A DNA stretch of 64,000 bases, from NCBI GenBank assembly GCA_028023455.1, contig JAQFVV010000005.1, forward strand, positions 15,872,001 through 15,936,000, written 5' to 3'. Both the position numbers and the translations under genes were made by a program. Below the pieces are notes generated by a model that saw nothing but the letters and a program-made list of their open reading frames with translations, was not told the DNA's origin and did not search any database. Of this stretch, positions 1 to 13,590 are shown piece after piece. The stretch is from Epiperipatus broadwayi (taxonomy: Eukaryota; Animalia; Onychophora). Position 1 is the first letter of the stretch. The number at the start of each line of letters is the position of its first letter.

Positions 1-216
1 TCTACAAAAATCAAGTGAGAGATGAGCAACTACTTAATCCTATTTTATTGATAATTAATATGGGCAGGAGCAACACAATTTGTAAATTGGGAGGAAGCTA
101 TATCATTCCAGGTTTTAATGACCAGAGTATTGATAAGATGTTTAATCTCATCATGGCGAGATCAATATAGTGTTTAAATCAAAATTATTACTTATCCTCA
201 AAATATGACCTAATAC

Positions 217-1100
217 TTAGCACATTTTTGTCACACTATATGAAGCATGCTCTGTAAATGATCCATTAGCTGAGAAAATTATTCCCAAATCCTTATGACT
301 AATATCTCGGGGAATATGCTTAATATTTAATGTATAATTATATAAACTTTTACCAGATTTTGTAGTAAATATTACAATTTTACATTTGCTAGCAGCCATT
401 TTTAATACACCATCTATGTAGACATTCTAATATCTTGCAACTCTAAATGAATGAGCTATAAATTGTTTTAAATATTTTTATATCAGCATAGCAAAGAATA
501 TTTTTATTATTTATAAAACAATGCAAACCTGAAGTAATTATTGCAAATAAATAAGGGTTTAATACACTATCTTTATAGGATAAATACAAGTTGACCATTC
601 ATTATTTAAGAAAATATAAGGAAACCTATTCAATAAGATTTAAAAAGTTCAATCAAATTTTTAGATATCTAATGTTAATAACAAATCTCCATGATTCACT
701 CTATCAAAGGCTTTACTTAAATTCACATATATAACATCTAATTGTTTTGCCGATCAAAATTTTGTGCTATTATATCATTTATTGTAATTAAATTTATTTT
801 TATTGACTTTCGCGCTATAAATCCATGCTGATAATTAAGAAGCCATTTGGAAAGATTATTAGACAACTGCTTAAAAAGACATTTATCAAAGATTTTAGCT
901 GTAATACAAAGTAGGAATATAGGTCTATAATTCTCAATCTTTCTTTTAAATCCCATCTTGGGTATTGGTACCACTTTCTCTTCTTTCCATAAAAAAAGAT
1001 AAATATTAGACTTCAGAGATAAATCAAATAAATGCTTCAATACAGGAGTCAGTAATTGCCCACATTCCTGATAAATAAATGAGAATATGTTATCTATCCA
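217..1100 (-). mobile_element. Degenerate non-LTR retrotransposon reverse transcriptase fragment (CR1/jockey-like)
   Basis: ORF 738..1040 has IPK...IENYRPIFLLCITAKIFDK...QHGFIARKS (RT subdomains 0-2). ORF 217..399 has KDLGIIFS...FTEH (RT C-terminal part). Broken by stops and frameshifts. Confidence 0.75.
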
Positions 1101-1299
1101 TATACTTCTTTTGTATTTAGGTTGCGCAATAGATAAAAGAATTGTCTCTATAGATATCTGATTAAAATTAAAAGTTTAATTACTAACATTAATTAATGTC
1201 TCAACTAAAATTATCACTACTATTACTATAACTTAAATTGAATAAAGTTGAAAAGTTATTTGCTACTATTCCTATAGTTTCATTTTGTAAGATATTTCT

Positions 1300-1314
1300 T
1301 TGTTGTTGTTGTTG

Positions 1315-1393
<79 letters not shown>

Positions 1394-1495
1394 CATCATC
1401 ATCATCATCATCATAAAGAAAGTACTATAATTTAAATTTTTAAAAATCATCATCATCATCATAAAGAAAGTACTATAATTTAAATTTTTAAAAAT
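1300..1495. repeat. Compound microsatellite (GTT)n(ATT)n(ATC)n followed by a ~47 bp tandem duplication
   Basis: Read directly. atcatcatcataaagaaagtactataatttaaatttttaaaa occurs twice. Explains the poly-C/Y/H and poly-M/I/T ORFs. Confidence 0.95.
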
Positions 1496-1849
1496 TAATA
1501 TCCTTTGGGCATAAAATCTTTTTTTTTTTTTACCAATTTTCACAAGAAAAAATAAGGAAGAATATGCAAGTAATAAGCTTAGATTTTGGGAGAGGGAGCA
1601 GGATTGCTTTCTTAATATTTTTAAATTAGATTATATCATTTTTATACTATAAGTAGTATTGTTTTCCTAAATATTTGTGATGATGCTATTTTGATTGCAT
1701 TTATATATTGGATTATTTCTATCATCTAATATTAGTATTGAATGTCTTTAGAAAAAAATTCAAATGGTAATAATGTTAGTGTATGCACAACATTTTGTGA
1801 GGTATATTATCCTCTCTTTTTCGGGTATTGCTAGCCTGACCAGTAATAG

Positions 1850-1935
1850 TACTAAGATGAGAATCAAGCCTCAACCCTTAGATTCTTGAATATTAAATTT
1901 TAAGGTAATGCTCTAACCAATTGAGCCATACTGGC
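1850..1935 (-). mobile_element. tRNA-derived SINE-like element, family S2
   Basis: Minus strand GCCAGTATGGCTCAATTGGTTAGAGC (A-box/D-arm-like) and a degenerate B-box, separated by an over-long anticodon/variable region. Related copies near 30282 and 30655. Confidence 0.5.
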
Positions 1936-2616
1936 AAAGGCACCAAATATTACTGGCACACTGTTGATCAAGAGGTCTTGAAAACAGACTCCAATTTACA
2001 AGCACATCCTGATTAATTCTTTGGTTTAAATAGCTATTTAGATTCTGTCAAATTTGTATGTATAATTAATATAGATATTATTCTAGTAATAAGCAATTTT
2101 TATTGCTAATTAAACTTTATTATTAAAAATATTTTTTAAACGTTTCCCCTCTCAATTTAATACTTCTTTTATTTATGTAACTAACGATATTGCAGTTAAA
2201 CAATATACTAACTTCATCATATATTTGTAAATGAGTTTTATAGCTGTGTTGTAATGAATATAGATGTGTGTAGAATTATAGATTAATTGCATTTTCTAGA
2301 GGATAGATAATGATTCAAAAATATGACTTGTTTGTATAATTAAGAATAGTATGTATGGCAGAGCATGTATGCACACACATGCGTAATGCCCCTTTGATTT
2401 TATTGAAATAATTGATTATTCAACGGGATCATGTTATTATATATTAATGTATTTACTTACAGTTAGTTTAACACAATCTCTTGTACATACCATTACAATG
2501 TATCAATTTATTGTACGAGACATTTCTGGTAGCACAGAATTGCGAACTATAAAAATATTGTTTTCAAAAAAAATAAGGCTTTTAAAAAATGCCATCATGT
2601 GACGATATTTTACTTA

Positions 2617-2725
2617 TTTTTTTTCTCCTCATATGTCATAGCGTCGACCGGGAGGCGAATCCAGAACCATCTGCAACCAACTACTTGCTTGCAGGGCGGC
2701 TGCGATGACCTCTCGGCTAACATCA
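2617..2725 (-). mobile_element. tRNA-Gly-derived SINE, family S1 (hairpin-insert subfamily)
   Basis: Minus strand ...GGATTCGCCTCCCGGTCGACGCTATGACATATGAG plus an A-rich tail; matches copies at 9861, 10813, 18338, 22762 and 27528. Confidence 0.75.
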
Positions 2726-3355
2726 TCAAAAAGATTTTACATTTACAGGTTATAAATTTTAACGTTTTAAAGCCATTTCACACTATGTGAACTTTATCAT
2801 CAAATTTTATAATAAATGCCAAATATAAAATATACGTGTTATGCATTTATATATATAACATAAATTAATTAATTTTACTTTCTAAGTTAAATTAATACAA
2901 AATTATCTAATAACTTCTGTTGCTCAAGAAAGAATGTTTGGTGTTTTTCTAATGTATAATCTATGTGAAAACTTTGGTGAGTTACCCATCGGGTAGCACC
3001 AAGAAGGTGAAAGATATAGATAATTCATGAGAAAATTTTAAAATGCAAAACAAATGTATCAACTGAAACACAGGTTTATTATATACCTAGTGTCTATATA
3101 TGTAATATAGGGTATATGAGCACAGACTTTCAGATGACCCATCACTCTCCACTCTATCTAATATCACTGATACACTTAAGCACATATATGCTGAAAAGAT
3201 AAATAATCACCAATATTTTTTCCATGTAGCCAACACATATTTTCTTACTGCTAATTTCATAACAATATTTATTATTTTTTAAAGTGGCATTGAATATTTT
3301 ACTTTTAATGTTTTTAAAATATTGATCAATCTTATCTATTTACTATATCACTTTT

Positions 3356-3948
3356 ATGGGCAAATCTTAAGTGTGTGGAAATAAGAGTGTGAGATGTTAC
3401 ACGATCACTTTAAATTACATTTATTAAGTTTGAACGAATGACACTTTGCGAAATCTTTACAATTTACGAACTGTCATTCTTTAGTTGAAATTAAACATAT
3501 ATAATGAGATATTATTTTATATAGCGCGAATGTTTATTTATGTAATAGTATTAGCGATTAAACCAATGCACATGCGCTTTAAAGAGATTATATAAATAAA
3601 TACTCAATTTTCCAGACACGAGATATAGTATTTTAGAAAGAATGGAATGAATCACCCATTCTTTCAGACCCAAACGTTTATGTATGGGCAAATCTTAAGT
3701 GTGTGGAAATAAGAATGTGAGATGTTACACGATCACTTTAAATTACATTTATTAAGTTTGAACGAATGACACTTTGCGTTTGGGTCTGAAAGAATGGGTG
3801 ATTCATTCCATTCTTTCTAAAATACTATATCTCGTGTCTGGAAAATTGAGTATTCATTTATATAATCTCTTTAAAGCGCATGTGCATTGGCTTAATCGCT
3901 AATACTACATAAATAAACATTCGCGCTATATAAAATAATATCTCATTG
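3356..3948. repeat. Composite insertion: ~178 bp inverted repeat (3497-3676 / 3777-3953) whose spacer is a copy of 3356-3450, flanked by a 12 bp direct repeat
   Basis: Arms are near-perfect reverse complements. tatatcactttt lies at 3344-3355 and 3949-3960. Confidence 0.85.
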
Positions 3949-4899
3949 TATATCACTTTTGTGAAATGATAACGAAAACATCATGGTGGATTGTTGCATT
4001 TATTTTCAGATAAAAGGATTAAAATGGATATTTAAAAAAATGTATGCAAGTGAAAATTTAAGCATTAAAATTAATTTTCCATCGTCTTGAATGATATTAA
4101 AAATAAATTCTGCACATGAAGTTATTTATATTTTCCAATTTATTGATTGTTTGCAATTGTATTTATTACTTCTTTTATTCAACACATAAGATCAATTACT
4201 TTCTTGAATTACTTTTCTATAGCTTGCTTTGTTGAATATATTTCTTATCATATATTATTTTCAGTACATTTAATTTTTTATTATTAATATAATTATTTCT
4301 TATAGATTAGTTTTTCCATTGGTTTTTTTGTATGTTAATTATATTTTTCATACTATCCATCATTCAAATTAGTATGGATAATACGTTTTATTTCTTATGG
4401 ATTAATAAAATAGTTACATCTTTATTTTGCTTTTTATTATTAATAATATTATTATTGTTGTTATGATGATTATTATTATTATTGTTGTTGTTGTTATTAT
4501 TATGTTTCAACAATATTCTTTATTAATATTTTGGGTTACATAGCAGTACATAACATTGATTGTAACGGTTATATGTGCAATCAGGTTTTTATATGGATTA
4601 ATTTTAAGGGTTACATTAATCAGGTTACAAGGCATATTTTTTTTTTTACAAATGCTGCTATTAGTTTCGGATACAGAGATGGATATCAAGTTTAATCATT
4701 AAAGTTTTAAAAAAAGTTCACTATAAAACTCAACTTCATAGATAGATAGATAGATATGACCTAAAATTGTAAAATCTGGCATCATATTGGAAGTTATTTA
4801 TAGTCACTAAACTCATCTTGATTACGGTTCTTTTAATTGTTAATTTTGGAATACAATAAGGAGGTAACTTATAATCTAAACTATGAGTGCTATACACAG

Positions 4900-7800
4900 A
4901 ACAAAATCAATTCAGAGTAGAATTACATATAATGACAGCTGGTGGATTGTGATAGATGGGTGTAAATTCTGTGGTTTGGTGGTGGATGGGATTGAAGGTA
5001 ATTAGTGAAGAAGAGCTATGTTGAGAGTAATGGATGGTACCATTGAATGCTATTCAATGTGATTATTGTTGGAATATGACCTGCTGTAGATTTGAATGGT
5101 TGTTTTAATAGTAGTCAGATGCTAGCAAAAATCTGGGGGTGCAGTATTGTTCTCCTTGATCTTGATTTGTTCTCCAGCTTATTGATGAATTTAGCAGGAT
5201 GTCTTCTGGTGTTATTGACAATGGTGAAGATGCAGCAAGTGTGCCAGAAGACATATAGAATAAAACTTGTTGCACATGCTGTGGGGGAGGGTATCTTCTA
5301 GGATTGAATTAGCTGTTGTATAGATGCAACTGGTCATCTGTATGTATTTAGCATGATATTCCTGCTTTGGTTGGGGGTTTGACATTGCTGGAAGAGATGT
5401 TGTTGAGTTTTCTCTGCAGCATGACATAAGGTGCTGAAAAGATTTACATCTTTATGTAGACAATGGTACCAGAGAAAATGAGATGTTGGCAATACATGTA
5501 GGTTAAGACAAACTAGGAAATTGAAAAATTTAGACTCCAGGATCCATTTTGGTTATTTATACTAAACATAGGAAAAGGCAGATCTTTGTTGGCTTCCAGA
5601 TATGGTATGCCATATGTTTGCCAGTGTGCATATTTATTAGTCATGGGGAATGTTGATTGGTTGGATGCTGATAGGATTGACTGGGATTGTAGTACTGGGA
5701 ACTTTTGAACAATTAATGGAATTGAATTTATAGCTTTTTGGATATAGAACATTTGGGTATTGTGGAAGCCTAGACCATTCTGCCTATAGTAGCTTGTTGT
5801 AGAGAGAAAATATTGCAGAATTAAATGCTTTTGAAAATTTAACTGTAGGCAAATAATATGTAAGCTTAGTCATTATGAGTATGTTAAATAGGTGAATTTT
5901 AGCACAAAGAGAGCTTTCGAGAAGGAGTTGGTATTCCATGTGACATTTTCTTTAAGCTTTTTTGTAAGTTGTTCTTTATTGTAAGTGAACCCATGTAAAC
6001 TGGAAAGCCTAAGAAAGGGGTTGCCTTTCTCTGGAATATTTTAGTGTATGGTTTGTTGGTGTATATACAACCTGCTACTGTTTTATTCATGTTAAATCTA
6101 AATTTATACATGGCAGTATATTGATTGAGAATGCTTTGCAATATGGGGAACTGCTTACAAGATGGCAGGAAGTCGGTGACATCATCCATGTATACTATGT
6201 CTGGGATGTATTGTGTGTATGTATAATTTGGATGCCTAAAAATGTCTTGCATATAATTTAATAGGGATTTATGTAGAAAATGAAGAACAGTGCATTAAGG
6301 TGAACCTTGGGAGATGAATTACATAGGGTGAATGATGGTGAACTTTTCCCAATGAGAGTGATATATATATCTCTGCTCTGTAGTAAGTTGATAATTAAGT
6401 AAAGCAGAGTAATTGGACTGGTACTGTTAACTAGCATATCAGTCAGAATGAGAATAGAGACAGAGTCAAATGCAGACTCTATATCTAGCTGAATTGCAAT
6501 CTGAGCATATTTTTTCAGTCTTGAACCAAGTTCAACACCACTTTAAACATCAGAGCAACCTGTATGATAGAAAAGCCTTTTTTATGCAAACTGCATATTG
6601 GAAATAAGAGCAAGTATGTGTGGCTCTAGATGCTACTTTACAACTTTTTCCAGTATCTTAATTCCCAGAGGCCCATAGAAATTGGATGAAGGTTGGTAAC
6701 AGTAGAAGATAAGCCTAGTTTTTTGGTAAATAGTACAATTGAGATTGGATAGACCTTTGATGTCATATAATCTTTGGGATGGGTAATTTTTCTGGTCACA
6801 GAAGTATAATACAGTAAAGTGCCTAAAATGGCAAAAACAAACACAGAGATTCCATTGGAATCTGGGTGACATGAATCATTTATGGTGGCAAGTTTGTCAG
6901 CAAATTGTTTGGTTGGAATAGGGTTTTGATATCAGGTGGTCCAAATAAGTCTGAAGGTAATGTGAATGCATTCTGGATTTATTATCTCTGCTTGAAATAT
7001 TGGTATATAGGATTAATAGTTATAGCCTGCACACATATTACCATCAACTTGAAGTTTTATAGAGACTTTTAGTGTAGATGGGTAGTTCAGGGACCAGAAA
7101 ATACATTCCCAGGTCCATGTGTACTGATGAGTAAGATGAATCCTTTTCTTAATGGCAAGATATTCTTTAAGTTGGTTTGTGGCTTTTTGATAAGTCTGGG
7201 AAAGTACATGTAACTGTTGATGAGTATGATATACAGGCTGCATTAGTGTAATCTATGAATGCAACTCATTGACCAATGCCAGAAGTTGGGAAGGTAGTGA
7301 ACCACAAGTGAGATATTGGATATTAAATGATATTATTAAGTATAAAAGTGAAGTATCTTTGGACAGGATCAAGTTCTATTTGTTCCAATTTTGGCAATAT
7401 ATGTTTCAGAGAATAAGAACTCTGTGCTATATAAGGGTATAAGGACTCAAATGTTTTTATGCAAATGTATGGGTGTCATATACATTTTCATCAAGATTCA
7501 GTAATAGAGATTGTCCGTTCAGAGAAAGGAGTAGGATTAAGGGCAACTTGAATTAAATGACATAAAATTGGCAAATAAAACAAAGATCAATGAGTGAGGC
7601 ATGTCACTTATTATGGAACATGATGTCAAGTTGGAAGGCAAAAAGCCTTGACCATTCACAATTGTCAGAATAATGTTTGAAATAACAGTAGGACCAGGAG
7701 TGATATATACAAATATAATTTTTAATATTATAATATGGCTGTGGAGAGATATATACAAATATTTTAGTATTGTAATACGGCTGTGAAATGTGGTGATTAA

Positions 7801-9250
7801 GAGATTCAAATCTAAGTAAATAATCTTGAATGATGAGAATGTACAGCTGGGAGTGATAATAATGCCAGTTCCAGGTGATAGTGAACATGTGTCTCTGAAG
7901 CAGGCACAGAATCCCCATCTATTGAGGTAAGCAGCAGGATCAATATGGGATCCATTGAATATTTTCATCTCAAGCAATCCAAGCATGTGAGGTTATGTGA
8001 GGTTATATATTGCTTATCCACTTTTTAATTGAAAAGTTTAAACATTGAGTTGATTTCTCAAACATTAAGTGCAATAGTTTCTAGTTTCATTTATCAGGAG
8101 TTTTTAGGGTAATTAATTCTAGTCACTAGTAAGGGTTGTAAAAGTCTAATGTTTTCAGGAATGTCTGGTTTTATAATTATGAATTTATAATGGTGGTTGA
8201 TAGTAAGTAACTATGTTTCAAGCCCAACTGTTAAGTGTATTTGTTGTTGTTGATGAGAGGTAATTGATAGATTGATCTAGGCATTAGCTAAGGGACATTC
8301 AGTTTGCATAAGGATATGACTGATTTCTATAGAGTCCTTCTTCACCATCAACAGGTCAAACACATCAGTTAATTTTTTAAGTTGCCATATCTTCTGGAGG
8401 GGGGTAGTTCAGGCTTTCCTGTTGTTTCATTAGAAGTATTGGGAGGGAGAGATGGCTGGTGTAGTCAGTGAACATGAAAAAATTGTCTCCATGATGTGTG
8501 TTGAGGTCTTATTGTCATGTATATGCTTATAAATAAGAGTTTCTGGGGCAATATTAATCTTATTTAAAGCTTTCCTGTTGTTTCATTAGAAGTATTGGGA
8601 GGGAGAGATGGCTGGTGTAGTCAGCGAACATGAAAAAATTTGTCTCCATGATGTGTATGAAAAAATTGTCTCCATGATGTGTGTTGAGGTCTTATTGTCA
8701 TGTATATGCTTATAAATAAGAGTTTCTGGGGCAGTATTAATCTTATTTAAAGCTTTCCTGTTGTTTCATTAAAAGTATTGGGAGGGAGAGATGGCTGGTG
8801 TAGTCAGCGAACATGAAAAAATTTGTCTCCATGATGTGTATGAAAAAATTGTCTCCATGATGTGTGTTGAGGTCTTATTGTCATGTATATGCTTATAAAT
8901 AAGAGTTTCTGGGGCAGTATTAATCTTATTTAAGGTAGAGCTTGCGTTGATTGTTGCATTGGGAAGATTGTTGGAAACAATATCTTAAGTCAGGGATGTC
9001 CATTGAGCTGCCATAATTATCATTATCTGCCTCATGGAGTATGAAATCAATAGCTAGTCGATCAAATTTGAGGGTGGTTGAATGTATAGGATAGTTAGTA
9101 TGTGCATGGATAAACTCTTACCTATTGATAGATGTAATCATGGAAAGATTTGCTGTTGGCCGTTTTTTGTTGATTTGGGGATTTAGAGAATCAGCTGATT
9201 TTCCTGAAAGTGAAGTTTGGAAATTAGCACCTAGCCCCACTAAATGACCC
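4900..9250 (-). mobile_element. Decayed long non-LTR retrotransposon (L1/Tx1-like; clade uncertain)
   Basis: ORF 5899..6252 has DIVYMDD (RT catalytic motif) then FRFNMNKT...FLGFPV. ORF 6638..6844 has TNLHPISMGLWELR (NYRPISL-like). Collinear ORF fragments on one strand over ~4 kb. Boundaries approximate. Confidence 0.7.
8413..8933. repeat. Tandem triplication (units of ~156, 183 and 182 bp); units 2 and 3 carry an internal ~27 bp duplication
   Basis: gctttcctgttgtttcatt...cttatttaa starts at 8413, 8569 and 8752. Confidence 0.95.
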
Positions 9251-9860
9251 TGCCGGTGACAGGAGTAGCACTAGGGTTTCAATCCTCTGATATATGGGCA
9301 CAGGATAGCGTCTTAATCAAGGATTTGTGTGGGAATTGTTTTTATCAGTGTCATGGTGCAATTGTAATTTGAAATCATGAAATTATATTTTCCAGTAATG
9401 GCTCCTTTCATAATCACATAGAATCAATAATAAGTAAACCTCTCAAGATGGTGGGAACTATTTACAAACACGGTAGTCCTTTTGAATACTTCGCCAAATT
9501 ATAAACTTTTTCTGGTCTTTGATTCTTTTTATTTTGGAGTTTGGATGAGTTTTATGGAATCCACATTCAAAAAGAGACATAAATAAATGCATTAGTTTTT
9601 AAAAATTTTTATGTTTGTCAATGAAAAATGATTACAAATATTTCTTTTAGCAATGAGAAGAGCCAAAGATATGAATTTCTTATACAAAGTCATTATCAAA
9701 AATAATCTTTCTTATAACATGATTTCAAAATCTGATTTAAATTCTTTTCAATATAAAACAAACTCGTGCAAATAATTATTTCTTCCTTAAAACTTATAGA
9801 TGTGATACTTTAAAATTTCCCCCCCTTTTTATCTACCCAATACTTAACAATTTAGATTTT

Positions 9861-9972
9861 TTTTCCCTATATGTCAAAGCATCGGCCGAGAAGCAACCCA
9901 TGACAACTGTCTGCAAGCAACTGCTTGCTTGCAAGGCAGCTGCATTGATCTCTCAGCTACCAACACCAGACT
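9861..9972 (-). mobile_element. tRNA-Gly-derived SINE S1 (hairpin-insert subfamily) with 14 bp TSD
   Basis: acaatttagatttt at 9847-9860 and 9973-9986. Internal hairpin TGCAAGCAA-ctgc-TTGCTTGCA. Confidence 0.85.
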
Positions 9973-10812
9973 ACAATTTAGATTTTGTTAGCAAAAACCA
10001 TTAAATTTAATATTAATGAATTTTCAAAAGTTTAAAATATATTATAATGACTGATTAGTAAAAAAAATATTATTTCTTTTCTTAAACGTTTTGTTACAAT
10101 AGATATCTTCTTTATGTGCAGTCTGCAATTGGCCTTTGGCTGCAGGTATTACATTAAATAAAGAATTGAATTATATATATATATGCAGGAAGTACAAATT
10201 TATGACATATAATATTTAATATGGAAAAGCTATCTAATGTAACAGTTACAATATTTAGATTATAATTAAACTAAGTATAGAAAAAATAATTAAAGGATAA
10301 TATAATTTATTATAAAAAGAATAATTAAATAATTAAAAGTAATTAAAAATAGAAAACACATGGACAAACTAGATAACTGGGAAAGCAACTTTAACTAAAA
10401 ATAGAAAGAGTTAAAAAACAAAATGAATGACCAATGATCCTTCACTCCCAACCCCAAAGATACTTTCCAAAGCTCTTCTGGCTCCATAGAATAAAAGCAG
10501 TGGATCTAAAGTTTAAAAAGGTCATTATCACATACCAAATAATTTCATATGATTTTAAGCTGACAATAGAAGTAGTAATTTTCAATCAAAACTATTACAT
10601 GTGTAAATATAAATTTGATATTTTATGTAACAATAACTTCTAATTATTAATGGATGAAAATAGTAAATTAGTCCAAGGTATCTGATTCCATTATTATACA
10701 ATGGTCTTTATAGTCCACAACTACAGAGAGGTCTTATAGATTATTATGTCATCAGTTTCTCCTAAGTAATGCCATTTAGTGAATAAATCAGCTAAATTCA
10801 GAGGATCATCTA

Positions 10813-10876
10813 GCAGTTGCCCCGGGTTAGCGAGTTCGCTTCCTGGATGATGCTATGACACATGAGAAAAAAAAAT
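10813..10876 (+). mobile_element. 5'-truncated SINE S1
   Basis: gcagttgccccgggttagcgagttcgcttcctggatgatgctatgacacatgag followed by A10. Confidence 0.75.
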
Positions 10877-11122
10877 ATTTATTGAATGCAAACTATTGGG
10901 AACTTTGGATTACAATGATGTAATTAATATTTTTTCAAAACAAAAACACGAAAGATAAATTTTGAAAAATAATTGTTTCCAATTAGATATTTCAATAATA
11001 TCAATTATTGTCTTGGACATTTCGTACATCTGGGAACAGCTCTATATGTATTCCTGTGGATTATGTATGATATAGACTTCATATAATTAGACTCTTGAAA
11101 GATTCGTACGAATTAATGCAAT

Positions 11123-11698
11123 GCAATGGCTATTACAGTATAAATGAAATAAGCAAATGTTTTACCTAGGCTTTTGAATGTTGTCGTAGAATTTTGTTCT
11201 TTGGAGGCTGCTTTCGGTGAAAATGTTTCCATTATGAATGCTTACCAGCCGGCTGGGACATTTCCTTGCTGAGTTTCCTGATTTTCACGATTATTACTAT
11301 CGGAGACAATTAGATACTGATGGAGATTTTCCAAGATGTTAAGCTGACATTATTTCACGGGCAGATCTGCTGTTTTCTAGGACATCTGGGCTGGAGATAA
11401 ACGTGCATTCCTAAGATCTTCTCAACACAGCATTTTGTTTGTTAACTGCTCAATTAATTTCTGAACTGCACTCACTCAATAAATTTGTGAACTGCACTCA
11501 CTCAACTAATTTGTGAACTGAATACTGTCCGATAAAAAAGGTCTATTTATACCTGCGCCTTGTTGTCTTTCTAATATCTCCAGCAAAGATCTGTTGTCAA
11601 ATTCCAGTGATAATCATTTGATAAACGTGTTTTAGAAGATTGCTTAATTAGTAATAACCATGCAATAAAATGTGTTGTTTTATTTTATTAATAGCCAT
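11123..11698 (-). mobile_element. Tc1/mariner-like transposon relic (N-terminal HTH region)
   Basis: Minus translation with stops: RSAREIMSA*HLGKSPSVSNCLR***S*KSGNSARK, resembling the Tc1/Tc3 paired-like HTH region. Three ~26 bp direct repeats at 11462-11520. Possible short inverted ends gcaatggctatta (11123) and taatagccattgc (11689). Confidence 0.45.
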
Positions 11699-12157
11699 TG
11701 CCGTGTTTTTAATGATAATCTTCTTTTATTCTTTTATTTCGCATACATTTTATTTATTTACAAATCGCACATATATACGCACATATATTTTTAATACAAT
11801 TTACTATTTAGTTTTAACATTTTTTCTTTAATTAAACTTGAATGAAAAGAGATTTGTATGTTTTAACTTTTTAAATTATATTTTTACTAATACTAATAAA
11901 AACTCTTTACTTCCTTTTATAACCCTTAGTTTAATTTCTCAAACCAAGACCCCCTTCTCCCTTTTGATTAATTAATTGTAGCTTTTTTTATTTCAAAAAC
12001 TAACGCTAGAAAACTATTTAAGTCTTATCTTTTTTCTAAAACAAACTGCAATAAACTCTTCAACGTTTAATTTTATGTTTTCTTTTATGAACGATTATTT
12101 TAATAATATAATTTTAGATAAAATTATATGTGCCTATATCAATATAGGTACATTACA
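11699..12157 (-). repeat. 3' LTR (459 bp)
   Basis: Starts TGTAATG right after the purine tract AAAAGGAAGAGCGG (12171-12158) and ends CA. Shares ttcttttatttcgcataca and flanking bases with 14702-14745. Confidence 0.7.
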
Positions 12158-12408
12158 CCGCTCTTCCTTTTGAGAGTAAAATGCGTCATTTTTGACCATT
12201 TTATCTCTGACAACATTAAATCTTAATTTATTATTCTTTCTAAGTTTGCTTTTTGGTATCTTTTCCTTTTCCATGCTAAGGGCAATCTCCAATTATGCTT
12301 TTCTTCCTTCTATGCTGGTAACATTGCTTACAAGGTTCGTCCTGGATAATGACCACGAGGACAAACTAAATTGGTGGCACATGGATCTTTTATAAATGAA
12401 GCTTCGGC

Positions 12409-12580
12409 TGCCGATTCTCTTGATCGGACTTTGACTAAGAAAAGGTGGCTGCAAATGGCAGGAATTTCACTGTCCATTTCCAACTTACGCCCTGGAAAAC
12501 TATTGCCGATTCTCTTGATCGAACTTTGACTAAGCAGCTGCAATGACAGGAATTTTCAACTGTCCATTTCCGACTTATGC
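12409..12580. repeat. Imperfect ~95 bp direct repeat in the 3' internal region of the LTR element
   Basis: tgccgattctcttgatcg(g/a)actttgactaag...gtccatttcc(a/g)actta(c/t)gc at 12409 and 12504. Confidence 0.9.
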
Positions 12581-13590
12581 TTTGAAAAACGAGGTACGAG
12601 ATATGGGGATCCTCCTCTGAAAAGTGACTTACGACTTACTCTGGTTGTTGCCAGTGCGCTTTTTAAAAGAGGAATGATCCCAGCCAATCCATTGTGGGTA
12701 CTAGAATTTATCCAGTCGAGAGCTTTAAACTTAATCCTTATCTAACTTATTTCAATACTACCCTCATCCCTTTAGATTCGAACCCTTATACGCTCCTAAT
12801 ACAACTTAGATTGACTTTCATTTATATTATTTTTAAATTCATTATGAACATTATTTAAATATTTAGTTTTACACTAATCTTATAATATTATCTTTAAACT
12901 ATCACGGACATCAATTTACATATTTATTTATATTACAATATTACTTTAACCCATTACTTTAACTTATGTATTATCATTCGTATATTCAAAAACTATCTTA
13001 TTTTACTGCTCTTTATTATTATACAAAGATTTTATTGGACTTGATTACTTTAAACCATTTATTTACTTCCTTTTATTAACTTACGTATTCAAAACTATTT
13101 TATTTTAATGTGCGTGTATTCAAAAAACTATTTTATTTTACTATGAATATTTTATTTATTTTCTACAGATATACTTATTTATTTAACTTGTTTTTATTTT
13201 ATGTATTTCCGTTATTTTATTCATTTATTTAATTCTACAAACATTATTTCTAAATCCTTAATTTGACCCATTTATTTAACTTGATTTTATTGATTTTTAT
13301 TTTCTTTTTTTTTATTTGAGCTGTTTGTTTACGAGCCTTTCTTCTTAATTAATATGTGCATGGAGAAAAAAAAATCTTTTATTTTGCGAAGCCTACGTTA
13401 TTATTATTACTTGCAACATTTCATTTATTATTATTCATTCATTTTTAAATTTATTGCCTTAAGTTTTAAATAGAAGTTTCAGATTTAATTCATTAGATTT
13501 ATTTACTTTAGAATAATCATATTCATGCTCATTGTCCATTTCCGGTCCCTTTTGTTTATTTCTTTTACTATTCCGCCTGATTACTAACTT

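Noticed and set aside
1238-1543. ORFs with poly-C/Y/H/I/M tracts
   Set aside because: Translations of trinucleotide microsatellites.
7125-7150. CTGATGAGTAAGATGAAT
   Set aside because: Lacks GAAA and is antisense to LINE coding sequence; a chance match.
8413-8933. CRISPR-like array
   Set aside because: Units are whole tandem duplications with no unique spacers, there are no cas genes, and the context is eukaryotic.
9225-9320. HDV-like ribozyme at the LINE 5' end
   Set aside because: GC-rich and potentially structured, but I could not build the nested double pseudoknot by eye.
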